Source: an uncultured Thermodesulfobacteriota bacterium (lineage in GTDB: Bacteria; Desulfobacterota; Desulfarculia; G963662305). From it: a stretch of DNA of 32,259 bases. Within the stretch, counting starts at the first letter, position 1, and each line of letters begins with the position of its first letter. The position numbers and the translations under genes were made by a program. Shown in pieces: positions 8,354-16,102 of the stretch. The notes under the pieces were generated by a model. That model saw only the letters and a list, made by a program, of their open reading frames with translations. It searched no databases and was not told the origin of the DNA. The stretch is from positions 1 through 32,259 of the forward strand of contig CAYXRH010000003.1 in the NCBI GenBank assembly GCA_964466355.1, written 5' to 3'.

Positions 8354-9361
8354 ATGGAACACAGGCTCGCGAAAACCAGAAAGAAAGCCCTCCAGGAGGC
8401 GGCCGAGGCCGGCGACGCCAAGACCTTGGAAGAGGTTCGCGTCCGCTACCTGGGCCGCAGGGGCGAGCTGACCAGCCTCCTCAAATCCGTCGGCCGCCTG
8501 TCGCCGGAAAGGCGTCCCCAATTCGGCCGGAGCGTCAATCAGGCCCGCCAGGAGTTCGAAGCCGCCCTGACGGCGCGTCGGAAGGAGCTTGCGGCCGGGC
8601 GAGCCGAGGTCCGAGAGTTCAGCGACGTGACCCTGCCCGGACGAAGGGGTCACCTCGGCGCCAGCCATCCCATCCACCAGACCATGGACGAGATCATCGA
8701 GATCTTTGGCCGCCTCGGCTTCGAGGTCCGCACCGGCCCCGAGGCCGAGACAGACTACTACTGCTTCGAGGCCCTAAACATCCCCCAGGACCATCCAGCT
8801 CGGGACATGCAGGACACTTTCTACCTCTCCAAGAACACGGTCCTTAGAACCCACACCTCCCCGGTCCAGGTCAGAACCATGGAGCAAAAGCGGCCGCCGG
8901 TGCGCATGATCTGCCCGGGCAAGGCCTTCCGCCGCGACTCGGACATCACCCACACGCCCATGTTCCACCAGGTCGAGGGCTTGCTGGTGGACAAGGGCGT
9001 CAGCTTCGCCGACCTCAAGGGCACTCTCATCTTTTTCGTTCACCAGATGTTCGGTCCTGACGTGCCGGTGCGCTTTCGGGCCTCTTTCTTTCCCTTCACC
9101 GAACCCTCGGCCGAGGTGGACATGGGCTGCGTCATCTGCCGCGGCCAGGGCTGCCGGGTCTGCTCCGAGACCGGCTGGCTGGAGATCCTCGGCTGCGGCA
9201 TGGTCGATCCCGCGGTCTACGGCTTCGTGGATTACGACCCCGAAGAGGTCAGCGGCTTCGCCTGGGGCATGGGCATCGAACGGGTCTCAATGCTCAAGCA
9301 CGGCATCGATGACCTCCGCCTTTTTTTTGACAACGATCTGCGCTTTTTGAGCCAGTTTTAA
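8354..9361 (+). CDS. pheS: Phenylalanine--tRNA ligase alpha subunit
   Basis: 335 aa containing HPARDMQDTFY, LRTHTSPVQVR, PGKAFRRDSDITHTPMFHQVEG and FAWGMGIERVSML. Confidence 0.97.
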   Translation: MEHRLAKTRKKALQEAAEAGDAKTLEEVRVRYLGRRGELTSLLKSVGRLSPERRPQFGRSVNQARQEFEAALTARRKELAAGRAEVREFSDVTLPGRRGHLGASHPIHQTMDEIIEIFGRLGFEVRTGPEAETDYYCFEALNIPQDHPARDMQDTFYLSKNTVLRTHTSPVQVRTMEQKRPPVRMICPGKAFRRDSDITHTPMFHQVEGLLVDKGVSFADLKGTLIFFVHQMFGPDVPVRFRASFFPFTEPSAEVDMGCVICRGQGCRVCSETGWLEILGCGMVDPAVYGFVDYDPEEVSGFAWGMGIERVSMLKHGIDDLRLFFDNDLRFLSQF

Positions 9362-9374
9362 ACAGGAGTTTCAA

Positions 9375-11783
9375 GTGCGCTGCTCGCTGAAGTGGCTGGC
9401 CGAGTACGTCGATTTGACCATCTCGCCCGCCGAGCTGGCCGAGCGGATGACCATGGCCGGGGTGGAGATGACCGTGGAGCCCCGCTACACGGAGAAGATC
9501 GACGGCGTCATCACCGCCCGCATCGTCGGCCTGGCGCCCCATCCCAAGGCCGATCGCCTCACGGTTTGCACCGTGGACACCGGCGCCGGGGAGGCGGCGG
9601 TGGTCTGCGGCGCGCCCAACGTGCGCCCGGGTCTCGTCTCCCTGCTGGCTCTGCCCGGAGCCAGGATCGCCGGCGGCCGCAAAGTTGAAAAGAGCCTCAT
9701 CCGCGAAGTGGAGTCCTGGGGCATGCTCCTGGCCGAGGATGAGCTGGGCTTGAGCGAGGACCACACCGGCCTCATGGAGCTTAAGCCCTCCACCCCACCC
9801 GGCTTGAGCCTCTCAGAGGTCATCGACCTGGACGATCAAATCCTCGAGGCGGACCTGACCCCCAACCGGGGCGATTGCGCCAGCGTCATCGGTCTGGCCC
9901 GTGAGGCGGCGGCCTTGATGGGCCAGGAGTTGAAACCGCCGGCGGTGAACCTCATCGAGGAAGGCCCGGCGGCCGCGGAGCTGGTGGAGGTGATCATCCA
10001 CGATCCTGATCTCTGCCCCCGCTACGCCGCGAGCCTCATCAGCGATCTCAAGGTCGGCCGCTCCCCGTGGTGGATGCGCCAGAAGCTCCTCTCCGGGGGC
10101 CTGAGGCCAATCAACAACCTGGTCGACGTGACCAATTTCATTCTCTTGGAGCTGAATCAGCCGCTCCACGCCTTTGACTACGAGCGTCTCGCCGGCGGAC
10201 GGATAGAGGTCAGAAGAGCCAAGCCCCGGGAGAGATTCGTCACCCTCGACGGCCAGACCCGGATTCTGAAAGAGGGCATGCTTTTGATCTGCGACGGGGA
10301 AAAGCCGGTCGCCCTGGCCGGGGTCATGGGCGGGCTCAACTCCGAGGTCGAGGAGAGCACCTCCCGGGTGCTCATCGAGGCGGCCTACTTCAACCCGACC
10401 TCCATCCGCCGCACCTCCACCAGCCTGAACCTGCCCACCGAGGCGGCCTACCGTTTCCAGCGGGGCATCGACCCGGTGGGCTTGATGTTCGCCTTGAAGC
10501 GGGCGACCCAGCTGATGAGCGAACTCGGCGGCGGCCGGACTCACCCCGGGGTGGTGGACGCCTATCCGCAGCCTCTCCCCCAGCCGGTCTTGGAGTTGCG
10601 GGTCAAGCGAGCCAATGAATTTCTGGGCACCGAGCTGAGCGCCGGGGACATGGCCAACTGTCTCAGGGCCTTGCAAATCGAGGCCGTTGAGGCATCAAGG
10701 GACAGACTCGATATCCGCGTGCCGCCGTGGCGGCCTGACCTGACCCGGGAAGTTGATCTGTACGAGGAGGTGGCCCGCATCCACGGATACGACAACATCC
10801 CGGTGACCATCCCCCCCATGACCGGCGCCGCCGAGCCCCGGCCGGCCCTCGACGTGCTCAGGGACCGAATCAGGCCCGTGCTGGCCGCGGCCGGCCTTTA
10901 TCAGATCATCACCTATTCCTTCATCCCCTCGGACACTCCCGGGCGCTTCGGCTGGAGCGAGGCGGACCCCCGCTCTTCGCCGGTCAAAATATTGAACCCT
11001 CTCTCCGAGGAGCTTTCGGTCCTACGCACGAGCCTGTTGTATGGGCTCTTGAGCGTCTGCGAGCGGAACTTAAGACACCGCCGGGAAGCGATCAGGATCT
11101 TCGAGTGGGGCGCGGTCTTCTTTCCCCGCGGACGCGACGAGCTGCCCAAAGAGGAGCATCGCCTGGCCGCCCTGATCAGCGGCCCGCCAGACCCGGCGGC
11201 CTGGTACGCCGCCCGAAGGGTGGTGGATTTTTGGGATATAAAGGGCGTTCTCGAAAAAATGCTGAACTCTTTGGGAATCAAGCAGGCGATCTATCAAAAG
11301 GCCAGCCGGCCCGAGCTGAAGCCGGGCGCGGCGGCCGAGGCTCTGGTGGGCGATGAATCCCTGGGGTTTCTGGGCCAGATGGATGACCAAGTTTTGGCCG
11401 CCTTTGATCTCAAGGAGCCAGCCTTTGTCTTTGACCTCTCGGCTGACCAGCTTCTCAAAATCGTCAGCGCCCTGAAAATCTCTTACCAGCCCCTGCCTCG
11501 CTTTCCGGCCATCACCCGGGATCTGGCCATCGTGGTCGAGCGCTCCCTGGAGACCGGCCTGATTATGGACTGGGCGGCGGAGTTTAATGATCCGCTCATC
11601 GTGGAGACGACCCTGTTCGATGTTTACCAGGGCGAGCCTCTTGAGCCTGATAAGAAGTCGGTGGGCTTGAGAGTCCGTTACCTCTCGCCGGACAAGACCT
11701 TGACCGAGGAAGAGATCAATCCTCGGCACGAGCGCTTGGTGGATCACCTCCTCAAGCGCACAGGGGGGAGCTTGAGAAAATGA
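9375..11783 (+). CDS. pheT: Phenylalanine--tRNA ligase beta subunit
   Basis: 802 aa with a GTG start. (M)RCSLKWLAEYVDL N-terminus, tRNA-binding domain, B3/4 and B5 regions, and a FDVYQGEPL...KSVGLRVRY C-terminus. Confidence 0.97.
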   Translation: MRCSLKWLAEYVDLTISPAELAERMTMAGVEMTVEPRYTEKIDGVITARIVGLAPHPKADRLTVCTVDTGAGEAAVVCGAPNVRPGLVSLLALPGARIAGGRKVEKSLIREVESWGMLLAEDELGLSEDHTGLMELKPSTPPGLSLSEVIDLDDQILEADLTPNRGDCASVIGLAREAAALMGQELKPPAVNLIEEGPAAAELVEVIIHDPDLCPRYAASLISDLKVGRSPWWMRQKLLSGGLRPINNLVDVTNFILLELNQPLHAFDYERLAGGRIEVRRAKPRERFVTLDGQTRILKEGMLLICDGEKPVALAGVMGGLNSEVEESTSRVLIEAAYFNPTSIRRTSTSLNLPTEAAYRFQRGIDPVGLMFALKRATQLMSELGGGRTHPGVVDAYPQPLPQPVLELRVKRANEFLGTELSAGDMANCLRALQIEAVEASRDRLDIRVPPWRPDLTREVDLYEEVARIHGYDNIPVTIPPMTGAAEPRPALDVLRDRIRPVLAAAGLYQIITYSFIPSDTPGRFGWSEADPRSSPVKILNPLSEELSVLRTSLLYGLLSVCERNLRHRREAIRIFEWGAVFFPRGRDELPKEEHRLAALISGPPDPAAWYAARRVVDFWDIKGVLEKMLNSLGIKQAIYQKASRPELKPGAAAEALVGDESLGFLGQMDDQVLAAFDLKEPAFVFDLSADQLLKIVSALKISYQPLPRFPAITRDLAIVVERSLETGLIMDWAAEFNDPLIVETTLFDVYQGEPLEPDKKSVGLRVRYLSPDKTLTEEEINPRHERLVDHLLKRTGGSLRK

Positions 11784-12058
11784 CCAAAACCAAGCTGATT
11801 GAGCTGCTCAAAGACGAAATGGGGCTGCCCCGTCGCCAGATCGAGTCTCTCGTCTCGGCCATCTTTGACGAGATCAGGGAAGCCTTGGAGCGGGGTGAAC
11901 CGGTCAAGATATCCGGTTTCGGCAGCCTTCAAGTCAAGACGCGCGCCGCGCGGCGGGGCCGTGATCCTGTCACCGGCCGCGTCAGGACCCTCAGCGCTCG
12001 TCCGAGCCTCGCCTTCCGCCCCTCGCGGCTTTTGAAGGACAAAATCAACCAGGAGTGA
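11780..12058 (+). CDS. ihfA: Integration host factor alpha subunit (HU/IHF family)
   Basis: 92 aa. Its ATG overlaps the pheT stop (ATGA). ISGFGSLQVKTRAARRGRDPVTGRVRTLSARPSLAFRPSRLLKDKIN matches the IHF beta-arm and C-terminus. pheST-ihfA synteny is classical. Confidence 0.85.
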   Translation: MTKTKLIELLKDEMGLPRRQIESLVSAIFDEIREALERGEPVKISGFGSLQVKTRAARRGRDPVTGRVRTLSARPSLAFRPSRLLKDKINQE

Positions 12059-12179
12059 GACGCGGCATCGCCTCCCCTTCCTGAACTTTTTGACCCACCC
12101 GCCGAAGGCGGCGAGAGGTTGTTTCAAGACCTCCAAAAATCCAAGGGCCGCGCCTGACCCGAAGCCGCGCTGTTTATAA

Positions 12180-12203
12180 TTTTCTGGGCCATGGCCCAGA
12201 AAA
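12180..12203. repeat. Perfect 24-bp palindrome TTTTCTGGGCCATGGCCCAGAAAA between the convergent ihfA and NUDIX genes
   Basis: Read directly. The sequence equals its own reverse complement. It lies 11 nt beyond the NUDIX stop codon. Confidence 0.9.
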
Positions 12204-12213
12204 CAAGGAGCGA

Positions 12214-12771
12214 TCAAAGAGCCAGGCCCTGATCGAGCCAGAACCACAAAAAGGCGTTGAGGACCAGGGAGTGGGTGATCTGGCCCTGGTCGATCAAGGT
12301 CTTGAAGTCGCCAATCGGCCTCAGCTCCACTGAAATGTCCTCGTCGGCCTCCAGGCAAGGGGGGCCGATGGGGACGGCCTCTTCGACGATAAAGGTGTAG
12401 CAGGTGTTGTCTAAAAAGGCGGGGTTGGGTCTGACCCAGCCGATCTGACGAACCCGGCCCGGCCCGAAGCCGGTCTCCTCCCGAAGCTCTCTCAGGGCCG
12501 CCTCTTGAGGCGTGTCTCCAGGTTCGATCAAACCGCCGGGTATCTCCAGAGTGATCTCTTTAGTGCCGTGGCGGTATTGGCGGATGAGGACCATCTCCCG
12601 GGCCGCCGTGACGGCCACGACATTGACCCAATCCGGCGATTCGAGAACGTGGAAGTGATGCTCGCCTCCGGTGAGGGGGTGCAAGACGGTGTCGGTGCGC
12701 AGCTCAAAGATGCGCGTTTTTAACTCCAGGCGCGATGAGAGCCTCGGCCAGGGTTTCGGTTCGGCGACCAT
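12214..12771 (-). CDS. NUDIX hydrolase (ADP-ribose pyrophosphatase-like)
   Basis: 185 aa with the Nudix box GGLIEPGDTPQEAALRELREETGF. Confidence 0.85.
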   Translation of the reverse strand: MVAEPKPWPRLSSRLELKTRIFELRTDTVLHPLTGGEHHFHVLESPDWVNVVAVTAAREMVLIRQYRHGTKEITLEIPGGLIEPGDTPQEAALRELREETGFGPGRVRQIGWVRPNPAFLDNTCYTFIVEEAVPIGPPCLEADEDISVELRPIGDFKTLIDQGQITHSLVLNAFLWFWLDQGLAL

Positions 12772-12861
12772 GTCTCCTCCTTGAGAGATCGATCTGGGTT
12801 TGAGCTTAACCGCCCTCGGGGTGAGGGGTCAACTCCGCCTCGGGCGAAGATTTGAAATCCA

Positions 12862-12891
12862 TTGACTCAAACAAGGGGGGTGAACTACACT
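12862..12891 (+). promoter_or_regulatory. Candidate sigma70 promoter for the inositol-phosphate synthase gene
   Basis: TTGACT (12862-12867), 18-nt spacer, TACACT (12886-12891). GGAGGAG SD at 12943-12949 precedes GTG 12958. Confidence 0.4.
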
Positions 12892-12957
12892 ATGAGATTG
12901 TCTGATTAGATATATTCTGCCGTTTCGACGGACTCATCTTATGGAGGAGTTAAGGCC

Positions 12958-14067
12958 GTGAACCAGCGCTCGATTCGATTGGCCGTTGTGGGCGTCGGAA
13001 ACTGCGCCAGCGCGCTGTTTCAAGGCATCGAGCATTACGCTCGCACCGGCAACGACCTCGGCCTGATGCACGCCAAACTTTGCGGTTACCGTCCTCAAGA
13101 TATAAAAGTCGTGGCCGCGTTTGACGTTGACGCCCGCAAAGTGGGCCGTCCCTTTAATCAAGCCATATTGGCCAAACCCAATTGCGTCACCCCCATCTGC
13201 ACCGACTTGCCCCCTTCCGAGGTGGTGGTTCAAATGGGCCCGGTCTTGGACGGCGTGGCCCCTCACATGGCCGACTTTCCGCCGGAAAGGACCTTTGTCG
13301 TGGCCGAGGCCGAGCCGGTCGACGTGGTCAAGGTTCTCCAGGAGACCGGGGCCGACATTCTGGTCAACTATCTGCCCGTCGGCTCAGAGGAGGCGTCCCG
13401 GCATTACGCCGAGTGCTGCCTCAAGGCCAAGGTGGCCATGGTCAACTGCCTGCCCGCTTTCATCGCCTCTGACTCCAAGTGGGCCGCTCGATTCGAGACG
13501 GCTCATCTGCCCCTGGTCGGCGATGACATCAAGTCCCAGGTGGGGGCGACCATCGTCCACCGCATCTTGACCCGTCTCTGCGAGGAGAGAGGGGCCAGAA
13601 TTCGGCGGACCTATCAGCTCAACACCGGCGGCAACACCGACTTCTTGAACATGCTGGAGCACTCCCGGCTGACCAGCAAAAGGATCTCCAAAACCGAAGC
13701 CGTTCAGAGTCAGCTCAAGGAGCCCCTGCCCGAAGAGGCGATCCACATCGGGCCCTCGGACTACGTGGCCTGGCAAAACGATAACAAGGTCTGCTTTTTG
13801 CGTTTGGAAGCCGAAGGATTCGCCGGCGTTCCTTTCCACATTGAGGCCCGCTTGTCTGTCCAGGACTCGCCCAATTCCGCCGGCGTGGCCATTGACGCCA
13901 TCAGATTGTGCAGGGTGGCCCTGGATCGGGGCGAGGCCGGACCGCTCATGGCGGCCTGCGCCTACCTGATGAAGCACCCACCCGAACAGATGCCCGACAG
14001 CCTGGCTCGCCGGCGGCTGGAGGAGTACATCACCGACAGCTCCAAGGTCATCCGGGCGGCCCGCTGA
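12958..14067 (+). CDS. ino1: myo-Inositol-1-phosphate (inositol-3-phosphate) synthase, short prokaryotic type
   Basis: 369 aa with a GTG start. N-terminal Rossmann IRLAVVGVGNCASALFQGIEHY, LVNYLPVGSEEASRHYAECCLKAKVAMVNCLPAFIASD, and LPLVGDDIKSQVGATIVHR are characteristic of archaeal/bacterial MIPS. Confidence 0.85.
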   Translation: MNQRSIRLAVVGVGNCASALFQGIEHYARTGNDLGLMHAKLCGYRPQDIKVVAAFDVDARKVGRPFNQAILAKPNCVTPICTDLPPSEVVVQMGPVLDGVAPHMADFPPERTFVVAEAEPVDVVKVLQETGADILVNYLPVGSEEASRHYAECCLKAKVAMVNCLPAFIASDSKWAARFETAHLPLVGDDIKSQVGATIVHRILTRLCEERGARIRRTYQLNTGGNTDFLNMLEHSRLTSKRISKTEAVQSQLKEPLPEEAIHIGPSDYVAWQNDNKVCFLRLEAEGFAGVPFHIEARLSVQDSPNSAGVAIDAIRLCRVALDRGEAGPLMAACAYLMKHPPEQMPDSLARRRLEEYITDSSKVIRAAR

Positions 14068-14100
14068 CAGACAACCTGGACCGTCTCCTCATGATGGCTC

Positions 14101-14130
14101 AATGTTCAGGGATGGCGACCCCTGAACATT
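14101..14130 (+). terminator. Strong hairpin downstream of ino1 (possible terminator)
   Basis: AATGTTCAGGG (14101-14111) pairs perfectly with CCCTGAACATT (14120-14130) across an 8-nt loop. Only a short U-containing tail (TCTTAT) follows, so termination is uncertain. Confidence 0.4.
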
Positions 14131-14351
14131 TCTTATAAGCGGCGGCAGCGGTTTTCTTGAAACAAAATATTTACGGGACTTTGCGCTGACAAGCCATCCG
14201 GAGCAGGGCTGAGGCTTAAAGATGAGCGGGGAGGCGATCCTGTCCTCGGCCAGAGCCGGCCATCAGACAAGCGTGGCCAGGGCGCCTCGTGAGCTCGATG
14301 CCGCGCGGAATCAATCAATTTCCTTTTCACAATTCCCATCTCCTCATTTTT

Positions 14352-14398
14352 ATGGGCAAAAGCCCATTATAAGTATTAAATGGGCAATGAACCATTAT
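14352..14398. repeat. Two tandem 19-bp imperfect direct repeats, each an ATGG-N8-CCAT inverted repeat (operator-like)
   Basis: R1 is ATGGGCAAAAGCCCATTAT (14352-14370). R2 is ATGGGCAATGAACCATTAT (14380-14398). They share 15 of 19 positions with a 28-bp start-to-start spacing, and lie in an AT-rich island. Confidence 0.8.
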
Positions 14399-14533
14399 TC
14401 ACTTCTGACCGTGAACTTGTGACTGAGCTTCGAATTTCTGACGCGCGCTTCAAGACGACGGTATGACCCTCGGGCCAGAGGGGTCAATTCGTTTGGGGGC
14501 TCGTTCAGCTTCGCCCTCGAGCCCGCCCGGCCC

Positions 14534-14562
14534 TTGCACGGTTTGAGGTCCCCTGGTAGGAT
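14534..14562 (+). promoter_or_regulatory. Candidate sigma70 promoter for the pseudo-receiver/ATPase pair
   Basis: TTGCAC (14534-14539), 17-nt spacer, TAGGAT (14557-14562). This would give a very short leader before GTG 14580 or TTG 14592. Confidence 0.4.
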
Positions 14563-14579
14563 ATTTTTGACTTTAAAAT

Positions 14580-15062
14580 GTGGGGGAATTGTTGGCTTGG
14601 TCAAAGCCGGTCTACGTCATTGTCACCCTTTCCCCGACCATATCAAAAATACTGCCCCGCGTGCTGGAGCCGGCCGAGGCCAGGGTCATCGTCAGGCCCC
14701 ACGCCGCCGAAGCGATGCGGGACCATCAAGGGGCCTCCTCGGTCATCATCGTTGACTTGAACACGATCCAAAGCGGTCTTGAGCATCTGGTCTCCGGAAC
14801 AAGATCCCCAACGGCGTTGCCCATCCTGCTCATGGGTGATCCCTGGCACCTGCCGTCTTGGCTCCAAGGCCGCCTGGGCCCTCGCCTGCGCTTCACCGCC
14901 TATCCCCTTGACCCGGGGATGATCAACAGCCACCTCAAGGAGTTGCTCTCAGAATCACTTTCCCGGCCTTTGGAATCGCCCCCTGAAACAGGAAGCCAGC
15001 CGGCCACGGTCGAAGAAATAGTTCATTCTCTGGAAAACCTGTTGGGGGAGGAGAATGTCTGA
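14580..15062 (+). CDS. Receiver-like (pseudo-receiver) domain protein
   Basis: Track ORF of 160 aa. The start is uncertain: GTG 14580, or TTG 14592 4 nt after GGGGGA. By eye it aligns with CheY-like receivers: beta1 VYVIV, beta3 VIIVDL, beta4 LPILLMG, beta5 RFTAYPLDP. The acidic pair after beta1 reads TL and the conserved Lys reads Tyr, while the phospho-acceptor Asp position is kept. The stop overlaps the next gene (ATGTCTGA). Confidence 0.5.
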   Translation: MGELLAWSKPVYVIVTLSPTISKILPRVLEPAEARVIVRPHAAEAMRDHQGASSVIIVDLNTIQSGLEHLVSGTRSPTALPILLMGDPWHLPSWLQGRLGPRLRFTAYPLDPGMINSHLKELLSESLSRPLESPPETGSQPATVEEIVHSLENLLGEENV

Positions 15063-15984
15063 TCCGGCCAGGCCGATCATCGCCGCCGCAGCCGGACCCA
15101 AGGGCGGGGTCGGCAAATCGTGCCTCTCGCTCAATCTGGCCATCGCCCTGGCCGGCCAGGGGTTGAAGACGATCCTCGTTGACCTGGATTTAGGCGGCGC
15201 CAACCTCCACGCTCTCTTTGGCCTGTCCAACATTGGTCCTGGTCTGGCCGACTTCGTCTTCCAGCGCCGGCCCCTGATCGATCTGCTGCGGCCGACCGGG
15301 GTGAATGATTTGTCCTTTTTGCTCGGCTCGGCCGACACCTTGGGCATGGCCAATCTGATCCAGTGGCAAAAAATCAAACTGCTCAGCCATCTCAAAAAGC
15401 TGCCCGCCGAGGTGATCGTGGCCGATCTCGGTTCGGGCTCGAGCTTCATCACCCTCGACCTTTACGCCGCGGCCCATCTCAGGCTCTTGGTCACCAGCCC
15501 GGAGACGACGTCCCTGATCAACGCCTACGGCTTTTTAAAGAGCTTGATTTTCCGGGTTTTCTTAAGAATAATCAGGGCCCGGCGGAACGAGGCCGTCCTT
15601 GAATTAATCTCTCGGGCCAGCCGGCCCCATCATGAACTGGGCCTCGAGGACATCAATGGCTTGATCGTTCGGGCGGCCGCTGAGGACCCTGCATCAGCCG
15701 CCCAGCTTTCCGCCGTCCTGAATAACCTTCGCCCTGGCATCATCCTCAACCTCATCTCCGAGCCGGCCGAAGCCAGAACCGCCGAAGCGTTGATCATTCT
15801 CCTCCACAAACGGCTCAGCCTCGAGGCGGAGCTTTGGGCTCAGGTTCCTTTTGATGCGGCCATGAGGCGCTCTGTCATCCACATGAAGCCTCTTCTTTTA
15901 CTTGAGCCCCAGAGTTCGGCCGCCCAGGCCATCATCCGCCTGGCTGATCAGGTCCGCGCCCGCCTCTTTGGCGCGGCCGCCTGA
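15055..15984 (+). CDS. MinD/ParA superfamily ATPase, FlhG(FleN)/CpaE-like
   Basis: 309 aa. Deviant Walker A GPKGGVGKS, LNLAIALAGQGLKTILVDLDLGGANLHALFG (switch I / A' region) and Walker B VIVADLGSG. Confidence 0.85.
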   Translation: MSDPARPIIAAAAGPKGGVGKSCLSLNLAIALAGQGLKTILVDLDLGGANLHALFGLSNIGPGLADFVFQRRPLIDLLRPTGVNDLSFLLGSADTLGMANLIQWQKIKLLSHLKKLPAEVIVADLGSGSSFITLDLYAAAHLRLLVTSPETTSLINAYGFLKSLIFRVFLRIIRARRNEAVLELISRASRPHHELGLEDINGLIVRAAAEDPASAAQLSAVLNNLRPGIILNLISEPAEARTAEALIILLHKRLSLEAELWAQVPFDAAMRRSVIHMKPLLLLEPQSSAAQAIIRLADQVRARLFGAAA

Positions 15985-16039
15985 GGTGTTGGCGGCGGCT
16001 TGATCTTTGCGCCAAGGGATTTTAATTTTTGAGCTGACC

Positions 16040-16067
16040 TTGACAGCGCCGGAATCTGCTTTAATTT
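16040..16067 (+). promoter_or_regulatory. Candidate sigma70 promoter of the PerR-like operon
   Basis: TTGACA (16040-16045), 16-nt spacer, TAATTT (16062-16067). Confidence 0.45.
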
Positions 16068-16088
16068 AGCAACGATTATTATTCCTAA
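16066..16088. promoter_or_regulatory. AT-rich imperfect palindrome overlapping the -10/TSS region (possible Fur/PerR-type operator)
   Basis: TTAGCAACGATTATTATTCCTAA has TTAG/CTAA arms and an ATTATTAT core. The position fits autoregulation. No consensus scoring was possible. Confidence 0.3.
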
Positions 16089-16102
16089 GTGAGCCGTGGG
16101 CT

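Noticed and set aside
14091-14138. Mini-ORF MMAQCSGMATPEHFL just after ino1
   Set aside because: It has no SD and coincides with the 11-bp-stem hairpin, which explains the sequence better as RNA structure. Coding cannot be excluded without Ribo-seq.
14133-14604. Track ORFs inside the large intergenic region (14133..14339 minus, 14222..14422 plus, 14395..14604 minus, 14578..14760 plus)
   Set aside because: SD and start geometry are poor; for example GGAG abuts the ATG at 14339. The translations are Pro/Arg/Ser-rich or otherwise unstructured. The ORFs overlap one another and the downstream receiver-like gene. I treat the region as noncoding pending expression data.
15989-16030. Terminator after the ParA-like ATPase gene (TTGGCG...CGCCAA followed by GGGATTTTAATTTTT)
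   Set aside because: It has only a 6-bp stem with a 15-nt loop, and the T-run is interrupted. It is too weak to call as a feature, although termination here is plausible.
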